Positions 45,452 to 59,692 of a stretch of DNA of 64,000 nucleotides are shown in pieces (position 1 is the first letter of the stretch; every line of letters starts with the position of its first letter). The position numbers were made by a program, and so were the translations under genes. Source of the stretch: Tubiluchus corallicola (taxonomy: Eukaryota > Animalia > Priapulida); assembly GCA_030141605.1 (NCBI GenBank), contig JAQGDQ010000021.1:1178001-1242000 (forward strand), written 5' to 3'. Below the pieces are notes generated by a model. It had not been told where the DNA came from. It did no database searches and worked only from the letters and a program-made list of their open reading frames with translations.

Positions 45452-48156
45452 ATGAAAAGACGTCGTCATCACGATGTGGATAAAGGATGGTACGTTGTTC
45501 TTGCCGCGTTTCTGCTGCAAATGATATCTTTGGGAATGTCATTCAGCTGTGCAATTTACACCGTCTCCTGGCTGGACACCTTTGGCCAAACGAAGTCTGC
45601 AACATCTCTAGTCGGTTCTATCAACACGGCTACGTTGTTTTTCGTAGGTATGAAAGTAATAATGAAACCTACATGTATGAAAAGTTAAAACTGTTACACA
45701 GATCAAATATATATATATATTCTACTGGCATCGCAATATTAGCGTTTTGCAACTATTTGTTTTTTCAACAGGTCCTATAACAAGCATTTTTTATTCAATG
45801 GTCGAAGCGAGGAAACTTATTATCTTCGCCAGTATATTAACTGCACTTGGTTGCGTGATGGCATCGTTCGCCACGTGTGTTACTATGCTTTATTGCTCAT
45901 TCGGATTAATTACAGGTAACAATAAGGTATAAATCCTTTATGTTTATCAAAAATATATTTAAATTTAGGCTCCGGTGTATTTGGTTTACAATAAATTGCA
46001 AAACAGTAGTAGTTCTTACAAAGACAAACAAAAGATAGTTATTCTAATTCATTTTAAGTAAGTTCACTTCAAGCTATGTAAATGTCACTAAGATATATCA
46101 AGAGCAAAAAAATATTCGAGACCGGAGCGGCAAGTTGGGGGGTGGCTCCATCTGAGGGTTGCCCCCATTATTTCATTATCACTGAAGCCCCAAAAGTTCA
46201 TAATCCGGCCCTGGCAGAAGTTATATTAGTTTACCAGTTTATCAAGACTAAACGTATTTAGTGTATACCGCTGAGTTTGCAGAAACAGACGGATATCTTG
46301 GCGGGATTTTTTCCTTTTTTCAAACATACTTTTTCTGTGGGACTACAGTACCATCTGATCAAAGTTTAATGTGAAATTCAATGCGGTATCCAAGTGGGTA
46401 ATAAATATCATCATGTTACCATTGCCGCTGCTGCTGCTGTTGCTGCCCAGAAATGTTAACTACTCAGTCGAGCTACTATAGTTATATACCCACACGTGAC
46501 CACAGCACATACAGTTATATCTATTCCACTGCAGTTTGATGACCAATGTTTTGAAGAGTGTCAAGCTATACAGTTTCTAAAAATGCAAAAGTTAAACTCA
46601 TTATAATGTGAATTCCCGCTTTTAATATATTCACCAAACTGATGTGTAATTTTATAGTAGAATATTTAGAACATTTATTGATGTAGAAACCGCTGGCTTT
46701 TTATAACTGATGCTTCGTATTTTTAATATATGTATATACTTTTATTATACTTTTTTAAATTTTCGTAACTTTTAAAAGTGCATGACATGTAGTATTTTTT
46801 GGTTTTTAGTGTGGATTTTTAACTTTTACGTGACATTTGTAACTTTCACGCTGAAATACTTTGAATAAAAATAAAAAATTGTCTGTATTGAAGGTGGTGG
46901 ATTTGGCTTTCTCTTCACAGCCAGCAATGCTGTCATCAGTCAACACTTTGACAAATGGAAGTCATTCGCGTTTGGACTGGCGTCAGTTGGAACTGGTGCT
47001 GGTCCTCTAATTTTTGCCATTTTGCATCAGTACTTAATTGATGTCTTCGGATGGCGAGGAGCATTGCGAATCACTGCTGGAATCGTTCTGCAAGGATGCA
47101 TCATTGGCGCTTTGCTAAAAAAATCTCCTACAGAAACCAATAAACGTTTTACAGATCATTTAAAGGTCACCTTTGACGCGTCTTTATTCCGCCATTTTGG
47201 TTTCATCCTTCTGTGCTTATTTGACATCTTCAATGCATTTGGATCCAGTGCCGTGTTGATCCCTCTGCCAGACTACATCGTCTCAAAAGGAAGGTCCGCT
47301 GAAGAAGCGGCGAGACTTCTGTCTTATTGGGGCGTTGCGTGCGTTGTGGGAAGATGCTTTGGGGCCTTCCTGTCACAAACTAATTTCATAAATATGTGCA
47401 CCGTCCACATCTTGTATATAAGTAATCTAGTTTGTGGATGTTTTACTGCCTTGATTGGTCTACCAAATCTCACAATGGTCCTGTACATCATACTGATTGT
47501 CGCTTTTGGATTAGCGTATGGCTTGATCTTCTCCGTGTGGTCAGCTGCCTTTGTGGATATATTTGGACATGAAAAGTTTCTTGGTGTGTTAGGCTGGCAA
47601 ATGATCATGTACGGTGGAGGATACGTGCTAGGATCGCCATCTGCAGGTATGATAGATCTGACTAAATTACACTGCATCTTTAAGAAGTCTATTATGCAAC
47701 CGAAATCCTAGATGTGACATAATGTTTAAACTTACTTAAAGCATTTTATTTCATTTCATTTTATTTTATTTTGTTTTACGTTATTTTATTTTATTTATTT
47801 TTATAGAATTATAAACATCACTAGAATCATATAAAAATTTTCGAAACGTAGCAGACATAATAAAGTCTATACTGATTTTAAATTTGATAGATTCAATTTG
47901 AATTTTATTAGAAATTATAATAAATTATTTTAAATGCAAATTTTTGCGAAAAGATCTTTTGAGAAAGTTTTTTCTTTTTGTAGGTCACATAACTGACGTC
48001 ACGGGTGATTTTAAATATGGTTTCTATTTAGCAGGAGCAATGTTTTTTACAGCAGGAGTTGCAGCTTGTCCACCGGCATTTTTGAACGGTCATAATCGCG
48101 ACCACCGTCCAGTACCAAATCAGGAAGTGGTCGAGGTATCAGAAGAACCTGCTTGA
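45452..48156 (+). CDS. Monocarboxylate transporter family (SLC16/MCT, major facilitator superfamily), about 421 aa
   Basis: Exons 45452-45647, 45772-45915, 46894-47646, 47984-48156 (phase-1 GT-AG introns). DKGWYVVLAAF (DGGWGW-like motif), QHFDKWKSFAFGLASVGTGAG, LIDVFGWRGALRI, GSPSAGHITDVTGDF; about 12 hydrophobic segments. Probable 5'UTR exon ends at donor 44894. Confidence 0.9.
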
Positions 48157-48682
48157 AGCATAACTTGAGTCAGTAAACCCAAAATTTGCAGGTTGGGCTG
48201 GTCCTTCTACCTGTGCAAGTGGCAGCACTGAAGGGTCTTCAAACTCAGAAATTGTACAAGAAATGTTGAACAATTTTATCGAAGGTCCAGTGAATTCTAC
48301 TATATATATATATTCAGTTACTTGACGCTATGTACTGGAGCTTAAATGTGAAGAAAAGGGAATTTTAAAGTATACCCCCAAAGAACTTTCCTTGCAAAGT
48401 TATACTACCTGGCATTACCATTACTATATACCTGTTTGAAAGACTTATGTAATTGAAAAAGAAAATTCTGAATAATTTAAAATATGCGCCCCACCTGGTC
48501 AAACGGCACTGCATCGCCTTTCCAGTGTGCAACGCTGATTCACTAAAAACACACGATTGATATAGTTGACAAGATTAAATAATTTAAACTTTTGCTTAGT
48601 TAGCGATGACTGTGCTACCAGTGTTCTAATTATTTGTTTCAAACTATATGCAATGTTACCTAGAACTTGTTTCACACGATCT

Positions 48683-48860
48683 AAGTAGCGTTTACGTATC
48701 ATCCGGATGCGCATGCGTGATTTACCTACGGAATAGCTGCGAAATAAAAATCGATAGGAAATAGCTGCAGAAAAGTGCATTGAAAAAAATATAAATCGAT
48801 TTTATCTATTCCGCACTCCCATAACGCATACGCATTCCGGTTGCTACATAAATGCCACTT
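48683..48860. mobile_element. Small inverted-repeat MITE nested in a copy of the ~450-bp family
   Basis: AAGTAGCGTTTACGTATCATCCGGATGCGCATGCG vs CGCATACGCATTCCGGTTGCTACATAAATGCCACTT form ~35-bp imperfect inverted termini. Confidence 0.6.
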
Positions 48861-50900
48861 TACTGTTAAAAAATTGCTGCGCCTAACGGTCGTTCTTATT
48901 ACTACGTTGCTGCTAATATACAGTACAAGCACTGTACGCAATAAGACAACAGTAATAATAGTAATAATAAAATTTCACAAACGTAAGCACAAGTACAATA
49001 CAGCAACACGTCCAATTCGTGTTCCAAATCCAAACACGGACAACATGTAAATTATGCAAATCATATAAAGTTTCAAGATGATTTTAAACAGTGTTTCTTG
49101 TGCTTTAAGCAATTTGTCTCTGGTACTCTTTAAAAACACTGTAACTAATTAGAATTTGTTATTTTTGTTAATAAAGTCTCGGAAGCTCGGTCAATTTGAC
49201 TGCTTATATATTATATATTTATATATAAAATCCGTATTGCATAAGTTACACACATTTAGGGTATGATGAAATATATGAAAATATTATATGTGTTACCAGC
49301 CAAAGACTGCTGTAAGCAATAGTGTTAAACTAAAAAAAATTACAAAAGTTATTTTTTTAAAGTTACAAAGAATAAAATTAAAATTGAATTGCAAAACATA
49401 ACTTCGCAAACTCATATCAACAACGGATACCCACAAAGCATTTAAAATGGCTCTAATTAGATTATTTTATTTAGATTATCAGATGGAATTTACGTTATAC
49501 TGCTGGTACTACATAGATATAATCATTATTTGCAGCTATTTTATCATTTTTGTTAGGGGGGATCTCATAATTTCAGTAGTGCGTTATTTTGTTTCTTTTT
49601 GAGATCTCTTAAACTCGTTGAAGATTTTATAGAGGTGCTGAATTCCAGGTATTAATTGCTGCTTTAGATATTGAGTTATACATTTTTAACTTTAACAAGT
49701 TTGCATTTTAACACTATTGCAAACTTTCATACAAATTCCTTAGCAACAGAGCTTGGTGTGAAAAATTACTCTGTTTTTGATCTTTGCTTTTACTGCTTTG
49801 ATGAACTATATATTTAATCACTATGCAATGCGTGACGTACAGAACAATACACTTAAAATTGATGAACCGATTTTAATGTAATTACTGCAAGAGGAGTAAT
49901 CATAAGGATTGGATTGGCAGAAATCCCGTGACTGTCTATGAGCGATTGGGATTAATAAATGACAGTACTAAAGAGGCTTTGGAATGGAAAAATTAATTAA
50001 AATCAAAAAATGAGACAAACGTCAATGTAATGTCTGTTGGGATTACCAGAAAGAAACACGAGGGATTTGCATTAAACCGTTCTCCAGTAACATTAACTTG
50101 TATCAAAAATTAAACCACAAGAAAATCTTCCACTTACATAAGGCTTAAAAATTCGTCTTCAAATTTTATACCACTTACACATTGCCTTTTTGCATGCAGG
50201 TCTCGCAATTGCCGTATGGCTGAAAAAACTTGTAAATTTAAACTCCCGCGATGACCGTTAGGCGCAGCCATTTTAATTGTAGGTCGTTTGAAACAAGTTT
50301 AAATGAGCATTCGTCGCATACATTTTGCTATCTAAGTAAAATTTTAAATTACTGTAGCTTGTCAATAAGATTAAAAATACGTTTTTGGCTAGTGAGTGGC
50401 GAACCATGGAGGATGGGCCAGTGACATTTTATCAATTGGCACAAACATTTTAAATTATTATTTCTAGTTATATACGTATTTGTTGCAGATAAGCGAAATG
50501 CTAAGTGACATAGAATTGCACGCAAAATTTTTTGGGGACACAATTTAAAGTTGCCTTTTCTTTTCCTGATTTACGTTTGTGTAGTGACGTCATGTAATGG
50601 CGCCGTTAGAACAGTATTGTGGGAGATTTAAAATGAAACCAAACGAAAAATCCTTTGAACGCGAGTGCGATAAACGCAAAAAATTGCTGCAAAGTAATAT
50701 AATTTTTTGAGGTGATTTTTCTGAAACCCTCTCCAGGTACCCCTTTTCTTGTCATTTAACAAAAATATTGGTATCAATTGAAGCAGTCAGTGGAGTACTG
50801 TTAATTTATGAATGATGAATGTGCTGTAATTGAAACGTAGAGGGCCAGACGATAGTGATGAGGACAATAACGACATCGATGATGATTATGATGGCGACTG

Positions 50901-51100
50901 ACCACAAGAATAGCTCTTAATTAGTGTGCTTGCTTTCCACGCGGGAGGTTATGAGTTCAATCCTGAGGCCGAATAATACCAAAGGCTTTTGAAACATTGT
51001 ACTGCTGCTTCTTCGATCAAGCACAAAATGTTTGAAGTAATAGTTTACTGATTAGTGCTCGACCAATAGCAAAAAGAGATTATGTCCAACATGGCTATTG
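50901..51100 (+). mobile_element. tRNA-derived SINE, probably with a Meta-type central domain
   Basis: A-box-like TAGCTC..TTAG and B-box GAGTTCAATCC, followed by ATACCAAAGGCTTTTGAAACATTGTACTGCTGCTTC, similar to the MetaSINE core as recalled. Confidence 0.55.
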
Positions 51101-52684
51101 AGTGTATATTATTATTCTTGTTGTTGTTGTCATCGACGTCGTTGTTGCTATAGTTGTGTACAATCAAACATGGTTAAGTCACACACTATGACCGCTTGGC
51201 TGTATACTCTGTCTATTGTACTCACACTGACGTCGTAAACTTCATCATTAGCTGGTCCAATGATTCATTTTACAGGATTATTTTTCATAATGTGCTAGTC
51301 TTCGGTCCCACCACAACCCGTTGGATCTATTGGACGAGTGTTAAATCTGTGTATAGAACATACAGACCAGCAAGCGATCGTGAAAGACAATTACTGGTGA
51401 ATCCATATTTCGTGTTATTGGGCCTGGGTGGCAGATCAATCATGTTTTCATATGTAAACATTCAACTTGTTTAATCAGCGTCTGTGCAAAGTCAAGTGGA
51501 ACTGAGAGTGGTCAATTTTGCAGTTCTTCTTAAATCTTCGTTTTCAACTTTTTAGCTAAGCTGGCAAATTGATATCGACCAAGGAAAGTTTTGCATTCTT
51601 GCTTATCAATATTTTAACAGCAGTAATCGATCTAATTTGCTTGAAATTATCCAAACAAGGATGGAAGGAATTGTGTAAGTGATGGTAAACTATAATGTAC
51701 ATTGTGAAAATGGAACAGTTTGGATGTAACGACATATAAATATCTATTATATTTATAGAATATTTATTTTTATTCTTTAATCTGATGTCAGCTGCACTGA
51801 TGCCATTATTGTTGATGTCGCTGTCGCTACTGCTTCTACTGCTGCTGCTACAGGTGTTGCAAGTTCTAACATGGCAGCGGCAGTGGTGTGCTGCTGTAGC
51901 TGCTTATGGTACTACAATCTGCCCATTACGATAACAATGATGACGATGATAACAATTCTTAGCGATGATAATGATGTAATAGCAGCAAAAATGGTGTTTA
52001 TGAAGACACTTTGGATAATAATAACGATAAGGTGGTGATGATTGCATTGAGGATGAAGCTTAACAAATTGTTATTATTGCTGCTGTCATGGACATCAGTG
52101 GGTGTGATGACCATATCTAGTTTTGGTACGAACTTAATTGTATGGTCAAAATGATGACTCTAAGTTTGTGATGTCGGCTCGACCACTAGGCAAATCATTT
52201 TTCTAGGGGGGACCACATATTCTAGAAACAGTTCTTGATTTTTAAAATTGCCATAAATAATAACGTAGTATATGTGTAAGGTTTTAAATTCTTGCTTTAT
52301 ATTCTTGCCAGAATGTATGATTGATCTACGGTGATACTGAGCTGACCTCCGGCAACAAAACGCTTCCTAATTTTGCTTTGCCTGGCTTCCTATAATTACA
52401 TGATTTCAGGCAAACACTAATGCCTTACCATGCTTTTGACCACAGCTTATACTGCATGAATGGAGCAGCAAAGCCAATTAATCGTTAACAGCAGCACATC
52501 CGTCCGTTATCAAAAAAAACATTTGTTTATAGCAGATAGCCTTATAAGAAATCGAAGCCTTCAGAAGTGTAACACAAGAAACCAAAGGTTAAAAGGCGGC
52601 GGACGTTGAATAGCAAAGAGATTTGTTAATGATGTATATATTTACAAATTACAACTAGACCAGATTTATGGTTATGAAAGTGAT

Positions 52685-52832
52685 GACATAGACATACACA
52701 TAGACTCAGACACAGGCATAGACATAGTCATAGACACAGACACAAAGACAAACACAGACACAGGCACAGACATAGTCATAGATATAGACACAGACACAAG
52801 CACAAACACGGACACAGTCATAGACATAGACA
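52685..52832. repeat. (GACACA/GACATA)n hexamer microsatellite
   Basis: Direct reading. Confidence 0.85.
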
Positions 52833-55734
52833 TTTTTATTTAACTCCTAATTAACACCAGAATTACAAAATAAACAGTAAGAGCTATAATTAAGTAATAA
52901 TTGCGATAAATATATACATGTGTGTGTATGTGTGTGTACAAGAAAGTGTCAGGGGGTGCAGGAGAAAGGGTAGCGAAGGACGAATTGATCATCAAAGTTA
53001 CCTACCCTTCCGAGATTAATGTAAATTATAAAAATAAATTATAGCGTTGCTGTCTTATTATTACATATAGAGTAGAAGAAAAATCACCGTTGCTGAAAAA
53101 TCTAGGGGGAACAAATTATGTATGAAAGACGAGGTGACTAAATAGACAACATGGTATGGAAACAACGTAATAAAATGGAAATATGTAATGATACTCACAA
53201 AAATGTGTAAATTATATAAATTACTGATTAAACTATAAGAAAGGAAACCAAATCAGACCAAATCAAAGAAGTAAATAAATTATAATTAAAGAATCAGTAA
53301 TGGGAAACAAAATATGCATGATGAAAGGAAACTAAATATAATGAAATGAATATATGACACTAGCTGGTCAAATGGATGTACGCAAAAAAAGAGGGGCTTG
53401 GGTTTCAAAAACTTACAGGTGAAGACAGCAAAACGCGCAGGAAAATGTACATAAAGCGTGTGCAGTAGAAATTGCAAAAATTTTGATTGTTCCTGAAGAC
53501 CCGGGATATACAATGGGGTCATAAATTCAATTCAAGTTCAATCAACATTATCTGTCAACAGAAATTGATATTTGACACTTAACTAGCGCACATAATACAC
53601 GTACGTCAGTACTAAAATGATAACATACAACAAAAATTCAATTTTGGGGTTGGAAGGGAAACGTATTGAGCAGGAGCGCTAAAACGCTTTTGTTTAGGCT
53701 AGTGTGTAAAACTACCTATGGTCTTGGCAGTGTTGGCCAATGATGAGGCGTTTGGCTTCACCAGTAAACCACGTGATTCTAAACCTACTAGTTTCGTCTT
53801 GTTTGAGGACATCCGTAAGCACCAAAAAAGTCAGCAAATTACTGATGCCCTTGCCGATTTGTTAATGTTAGAGGAAGAGGGACAGTCTGGAGTATTTCAT
53901 GGGAGTGTAAAATTTTGGAGCAAACAGATTTCATAATCTGTAGGGAATTTCGCCAAGTATCCAGTTGTTCACGTGACCACGGTCACTCACCTGTGCATAT
54001 CTATTTCTATCAGAGCTAGTTGGTTCATGTTAACGGGCTTCTTTACTTTAGTACTGACAAAGTGGTTTTTCACAGAATGGTACTGGTATATTTTGTCAGT
54101 TATATTGGTAAATACTAGGCTTGCGTTATGGAAACATACGATGTAAGTAAATGCATCATTTGTGTATTATTTTAAATCATTATGAACTGATGATTTTGAA
54201 CATTTTAGTTTAATTAATGTTAATCTTATCAATTTGATAGAATGTTATATAAATTAGTAAATTACCAAACTATATTTATTTATAACGTGCGCTCGTGTTC
54301 AGTAAAATTTAGAACTGCAGAATTAACTATGTAAAAATAGGCAAATCATTACAGATTATAAACAGGTTTATTAGACTGATTGAGGGCAGTTAATTTGGTG
54401 TTTTAACTTAATATAAAGTGCATTAATGTGACAATCGAACGTAATTACACTGATTGCAGCTTTCAAGTAAATGCAAATTTGTAAAACCGCTTTTTTCATT
54501 TTTAATAGAAATGACGTATAAAACACTACAAAAATTGAGTTGGGATGTAGCAGTCATTGACTGTCGTACATAACCAACAAAACAAAAAGGCAAAAGCATG
54601 TTTTTGTATAGCAGAGAAAATAAAACTATATCTTCACTTGACTATTGTCAGGATAAAAGCGAGTGAATTATAGCATTGGGGCAGAACTTCTTGGCATTAC
54701 CACGCGAAGCCACTACTATAGCTGCTTCAGTGGGCTTTCTCGCGTCACGTGCACATGACTTGCAGATCAGTTCAGTCTGGCTTCAGCGAGCAGCTGGAGC
54801 GGATGTCGATCTTGCTACATCTTTCCTTTTTAGCAGCAACTGTAGAACACATTGATCCAAGTTCTGTGGATAATATCATTTGCCGATAACTGTCGGTTGT
54901 TGCTCAGCGAATTCTGAATTTATTACTAGATTTCTCCGTGAAATTAGTGAGGCCCAGAGTTGAGGATTAAAGGAATTAGTTTACGTCGACTTGGAGAGTA
55001 TCAACGGTAAGTGTTGTTATCAAATGTCGGTAAAGATAAGTGGATACTGCATCTAGTAATCATCTTGTACACTGTTCACTCCATGTGGGCGAATCCATCA
55101 ACATGCAGTTCAGTTCAACCCAGTTCAATTCAAATTTTTATTCGGGTAACTAAGCCATAAAAAATACAAATACAGTACTAAAATGAAATAAAATACAATG
55201 AAATATAATATAGAAGACTAAAATGTAAATTCAGGGTTAGTAAATTAAGAGCTAAAATAAGTTTTAGAAATTAATTATGTAATATTTTTTCTTCCACTCC
55301 ATGTGCAATATGCGGGAACGAGATTTAAAAACTTTGACTTTAGCGCATTAAGTTGGTAAATGATGCAGAAGTAACACAGGCTTCCCGATGACGAACAGAC
55401 ATACATTGTTAGCCAGGGAACATTACGCATTAGTCATGCACATAGACATGTGTTGCTTGTTATAATGCAACGGGCAAAAATCACATGGCTAACAATGTTT
55501 GTTTTCGCGCCATCTGGAAGATTGTGCTATCGCCGTGCAGCTTACCAACTTTATTTACAATACATTGAAACGTATTGCAATCTTTAGTCTGCTTACAATA
55601 ACAATTAGTCACTCTTTTTTTACAAAAAAACAAAGTGATTTTACTAAATAATATCATTCTATAGTAATGCATTTTGGGAGAAACGTAATGCCTCTCAGGG
55701 TCAAAAGTTTTATATAGTCATTTGCATGTTTAAC

Positions 55735-56142
55735 TTCTGTTTGATATAAGTTAGCGATTTATATTGATTTTTGCCAACTAAATACCTTTGTTTGATATAA
55801 GTTACCGATTTATGTTGAATTTTGCCAACTAAAGACATTTGTTTGATATAAGTTACCTATTTATGTTGAATTTTGCCAACTAAAGACATTTGTTTGATAT
55901 AAGTTACCTATTTATGTTGAATTTTGCCAACTAAAGACATTTGTTTGATATAAGTTACCTATTTATGTTGATTTTTGCCAACTAAAGACCGCTTTTTGAT
56001 ATAAGCTACCAATTTATATTGATTTTTACAAACTAAAGACCTTTGTTTGATATAAGTTACCGATTTATCTTGCTTTTTGCCAACTAAAGACCTTTGTCTG
56101 ACATAAATTACGAATTTATATTGATTTTTGCCAACTAAAGAC
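55735..56142. repeat. 51-bp minisatellite, about 8 copies
   Basis: Unit TTTGTTTGATATAAGTTACCTATTTATGTTGAATTTTGCCAACTAAAGACA in tandem. Confidence 0.92.
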
Positions 56143-58587
56143 CTAAGTGACCATACGTGACCATGCAATTAATAACTAATATTTGTTTATAGCTTTGGAT
56201 CTTCTTTTATCATAAAGGTGTTTTGTTGGAGCTGTGTATCTGTATCACATAACTCTGTTAAAGTAATACACATAATTATACGCATCGAAGCAGCCGTGTG
56301 CACGAAATGTCCAATTGCAACTCCCAGGACAGCTCATAAATGCCGAGTGTATTGTGCTAAGCACTGGTTAAACTTCACAGACATTGATTGCATGTGTTTG
56401 CATACTTGATCAACCAGAGCGCTGCAAATTATTATAATTAAGTCGAGATTCTATAAAGTCAACTTAAAATCGATAATTATCCCGGCAAATCCGACTCTCC
56501 ATAATTAACAATTGTTGTAGACATAACCGAATTTATAGACTCAATAAAACATCACAAGCTATTGTATTCTCTTGTAATGGTCATTTCATATAGCTCCCTA
56601 TTTATGTTTGTTTTGTGTAATAAGATTTTCGGAAACTCTGTTAATGCTAAAAGGATTCATTTGGACAGTTTAACTAAACGTTAATCTTGCTGTGTGCAGA
56701 AATCTTAAATGGAACGTGTCTTGTTTATGTAGCAGTTTAGTGACGTAAATTGATTCAAGTTAAAATACTTTTTCTGGAACCTCACTTATGCTGAGACAGT
56801 TTGTTCGTCTGTTCGTTCCTTGTTCACGCTAAAACTGCTCACTAAGAAGGCTGTGTGAACCGTATTCCAACCCAGATGGCTTGCTCAGCTGTTTTACTAG
56901 GAAAACGTTTGCAAGAACAGTTTCACTTTCAGGTTGCTTTTCCACACAGACATTGTCTACTAATGTAGTTTACTAAAATGATACTCATGTATAATATTTG
57001 GCTTACATAAAGTCAATTCACACTGAAATAATTAAATTTGATTATACTACAATGTAATTTATTATTGCATGCAAGCAAAATAGTTATTGAAATGCATGTT
57101 GAAAATTATGTATCCTGTACCAAACCTGAATTTCATGTGTGTTTGTTAATCACCTCGCCTCAAAGGAATACCAGATTTCTGGACTTACAGAAATTTACCA
57201 AAATAAAACTACCTACATTTATCATATTCTCATAATGTAGACTAACGTCCTTTAATGTTAACGTAATGTAGACTAACTTTTTTCTAATGTACTTGTGTAC
57301 TTTTCACGCACATGTCATTTACGAGCAAAAGTCAAAATCGTAGTCACGTTAAGACGGTTAATCTTGATTTAAACAGCGTGTGTTCTCACTGAGTTAAACA
57401 ACTGTCATGGTAGACATACCCAGATCAATCTACATGTTCATTGAAACGTTAAGTAATTGAAATATTTTTTAAATCATCAATTAAAAATGCTAGAGCCATT
57501 CGTCACACTTGCGATCTCACTTACTTAAGGTGCACACTTAAGATTCAATATACTTAAATTTATTCTTTTGTTTGGCACACCTACTTAGACCACTCTCTTG
57601 CTAGTGGCATAGACATGTTAGGTGGGGCATAGATAGGTTTGTTTTATTCGTTAGCGTACTTGGCCATTTTAATTCAAACTTGCTCACTCGCTTAATTCAT
57701 TTATTTAGATCTGCAGTGTTACAACTTTAGCTACGTTGCTAAACACTCGTTCCCATACATTTTCAAGCTAGACAGTGCACTGTTTCGGTGTGAATAGGCT
57801 GAGAACATTACAAGTGGTGATCAAAAGCTTAGTGGAAAGTTAGTGGAAATTTGTTTATCCCACAAATTTATAGAGAAACATCTCACGTGCCAGCTTTGAC
57901 TTTTTAACATGGTGCGACTGCTGATAATCTAACTTTGAATCCCTTAAGGCGTAGATCGGCAACTGTGGTTATTTATGCACTTTCACAGCTTTTCTCAGTA
58001 AGATGCTGGCCTCTTTACCACTTACCAGTTACCGCGGTTGCTTACACTGCCACCGTCTTCTCTTGATGACCATCAAAAAATAATTTAAAGAGTGTTGGGG
58101 GTGTAGCTGTACTCTACCCCTCCCCCCCACACACACTACTCTTCCTCACCGTTTTTATGGTACCTTGATGCCAGTAAATAGAAAAAACGTTGAATTTATT
58201 CAATTGCGGAAAAAGAATATGGCAGTCAGCAGATTTTATAAACGTGCTTAATTTGCTTAAACGAATCCACGCAAAGAATAATGTATCACACAGACAACAT
58301 TTCCAAAAATCATGTTTTCAGGGTCACAAAAGGTTGCAAAAACATCGCCATCGATTTTTGTAACATATTTACGTTGCCGAAACAAAGCTACATAGTTATA
58401 ACAGCACATGAGTTTAATACATAGCTAATAAGGAACTCATAAATATTTTATGTGTGTCTTTCAAAAAGTTCCTATCCAATTTTACTTCCTTTCTTCCTTC
58501 AAAGACCTTCGTTTTTCATTTTCTTATTTATGTTTGCAAGATGTGAATGAAAGGCATTGCTAATTGTTTTTCTTGATGTAGGTAAAA

Positions 58588-58741
58588 ATGCCAGATAAAC
58601 AGTATAAAGAAGAGATGGGGCAAGGGGGGACGATCGTTCACGTGGAAGAGAAACACGGACCTCTCCGAGGTGCCGTGCCTGCCATGCCAATGTTTTTCGC
58701 TGTGGTGCTATGTATATTCAACGTCATTGTCCCAGGTTTAG
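58588..58741 (+). CDS. STUM: Protein stum homolog (STUM/SPEC3 family), first coding exon; remainder apparently beyond the window
   Basis: MPDKQYKEEMGQGGTIVHVEEKHGPLRGAVPAMPMFFAVVLCIFNVIVPGLG resembles stum ([31 protein letters not shown], recalled). Acceptor AG at 58580-58581, donor GT at 58742; candidate upstream non-coding exon ends at donor 55006. Confidence 0.82.
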
Positions 58742-59244
58742 GTACGTACAGCATGTTTATTTCTTACCCCGACCTAATTAGATGTTGAGCAAAGAAATAG
58801 CCCTATTTTCTAAACCAGCCGAAGCAAAAACACAGATTTAGACCCGGGCCATAAATACTCGAACCGTCTCAGTTTTCAAGAAACCTGCACCGTGCGCTTG
58901 TTGAAGATGTTTCAGAAAAGTAAAAATAGCTATGTGTACAATATGCGGTATGTGCACCTTCTCTCTGCACGTCCAAAACAAACCATTATTTGTGACGGAT
59001 TTGTGCCAAAATGAAAAGCTATATTTATCATACCGTCGGATATGTTGCTTTTCACCACAGACTGTAGTCATTTTTCTACGTCTGCACACACTTAACATAT
59101 ATTGACCCAAAAAGCGGGTGTGCAGAACATTTTACGTGACTTTCTCAAGGCAGTGTAACGCTTTCTATCCCAGAGTGTTTAACGTTTTGTTTTCATCAGT
59201 TAGTAGATTTCCACCTTCACAAAAAACAATTTCTGTAAAACCAG

Positions 59245-59692
59245 TTAAAGCACAAGAAAGCACCCTTTGTAAATAAAGAATTACATTCGTCTTGAAATTT
59301 TGTATTAATACAGTCTTACATGCTGTTTTATTGCATAAAGAGCTTGCGTTAGCAGTAACACTGTATAAAACTTCCAAATTTATACTTTCGTGATGACCGT
59401 TAGATGCAAACATTTTAACGGCAGGACGTTTGAAATAAGTTTAAATAACATTGCATAGAGTCTGAAAAAATACTTAGAGTACTCATAGCACACACTTCAC
59501 TAACTAAGGAAAAGTATAAATTATTTCATATAAGATCAATAATGTGTTTTTGGTGAACCAGTGGTGCAAACTGGGATGGCAATCTAGTGTCGTTTTACCA
59601 GGTCGCGCGAACATTTTAAATCACTCGAAATTTTCTTTTATAGTTGCGCAAGTCTTTCAAACAGGTAAGTGTAATGCTAAGTAATATAACTT
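59245..59692 (-). mobile_element. Dispersed ~450-bp repeat family, inverted full-length copy
   Basis: Reverse complement is collinear with 1920-2371 along its whole length. Confidence 0.7.

Noticed and set aside
47324-47677. 117-aa antisense ORF
   Set aside because: Shadow of the SLC16 coding exon; no independent signals.
53718-53936. 72-aa ORF with protein-like composition
   Set aside because: No recognisable family or exon chain; may be a transposon relic and cannot be called without a search.
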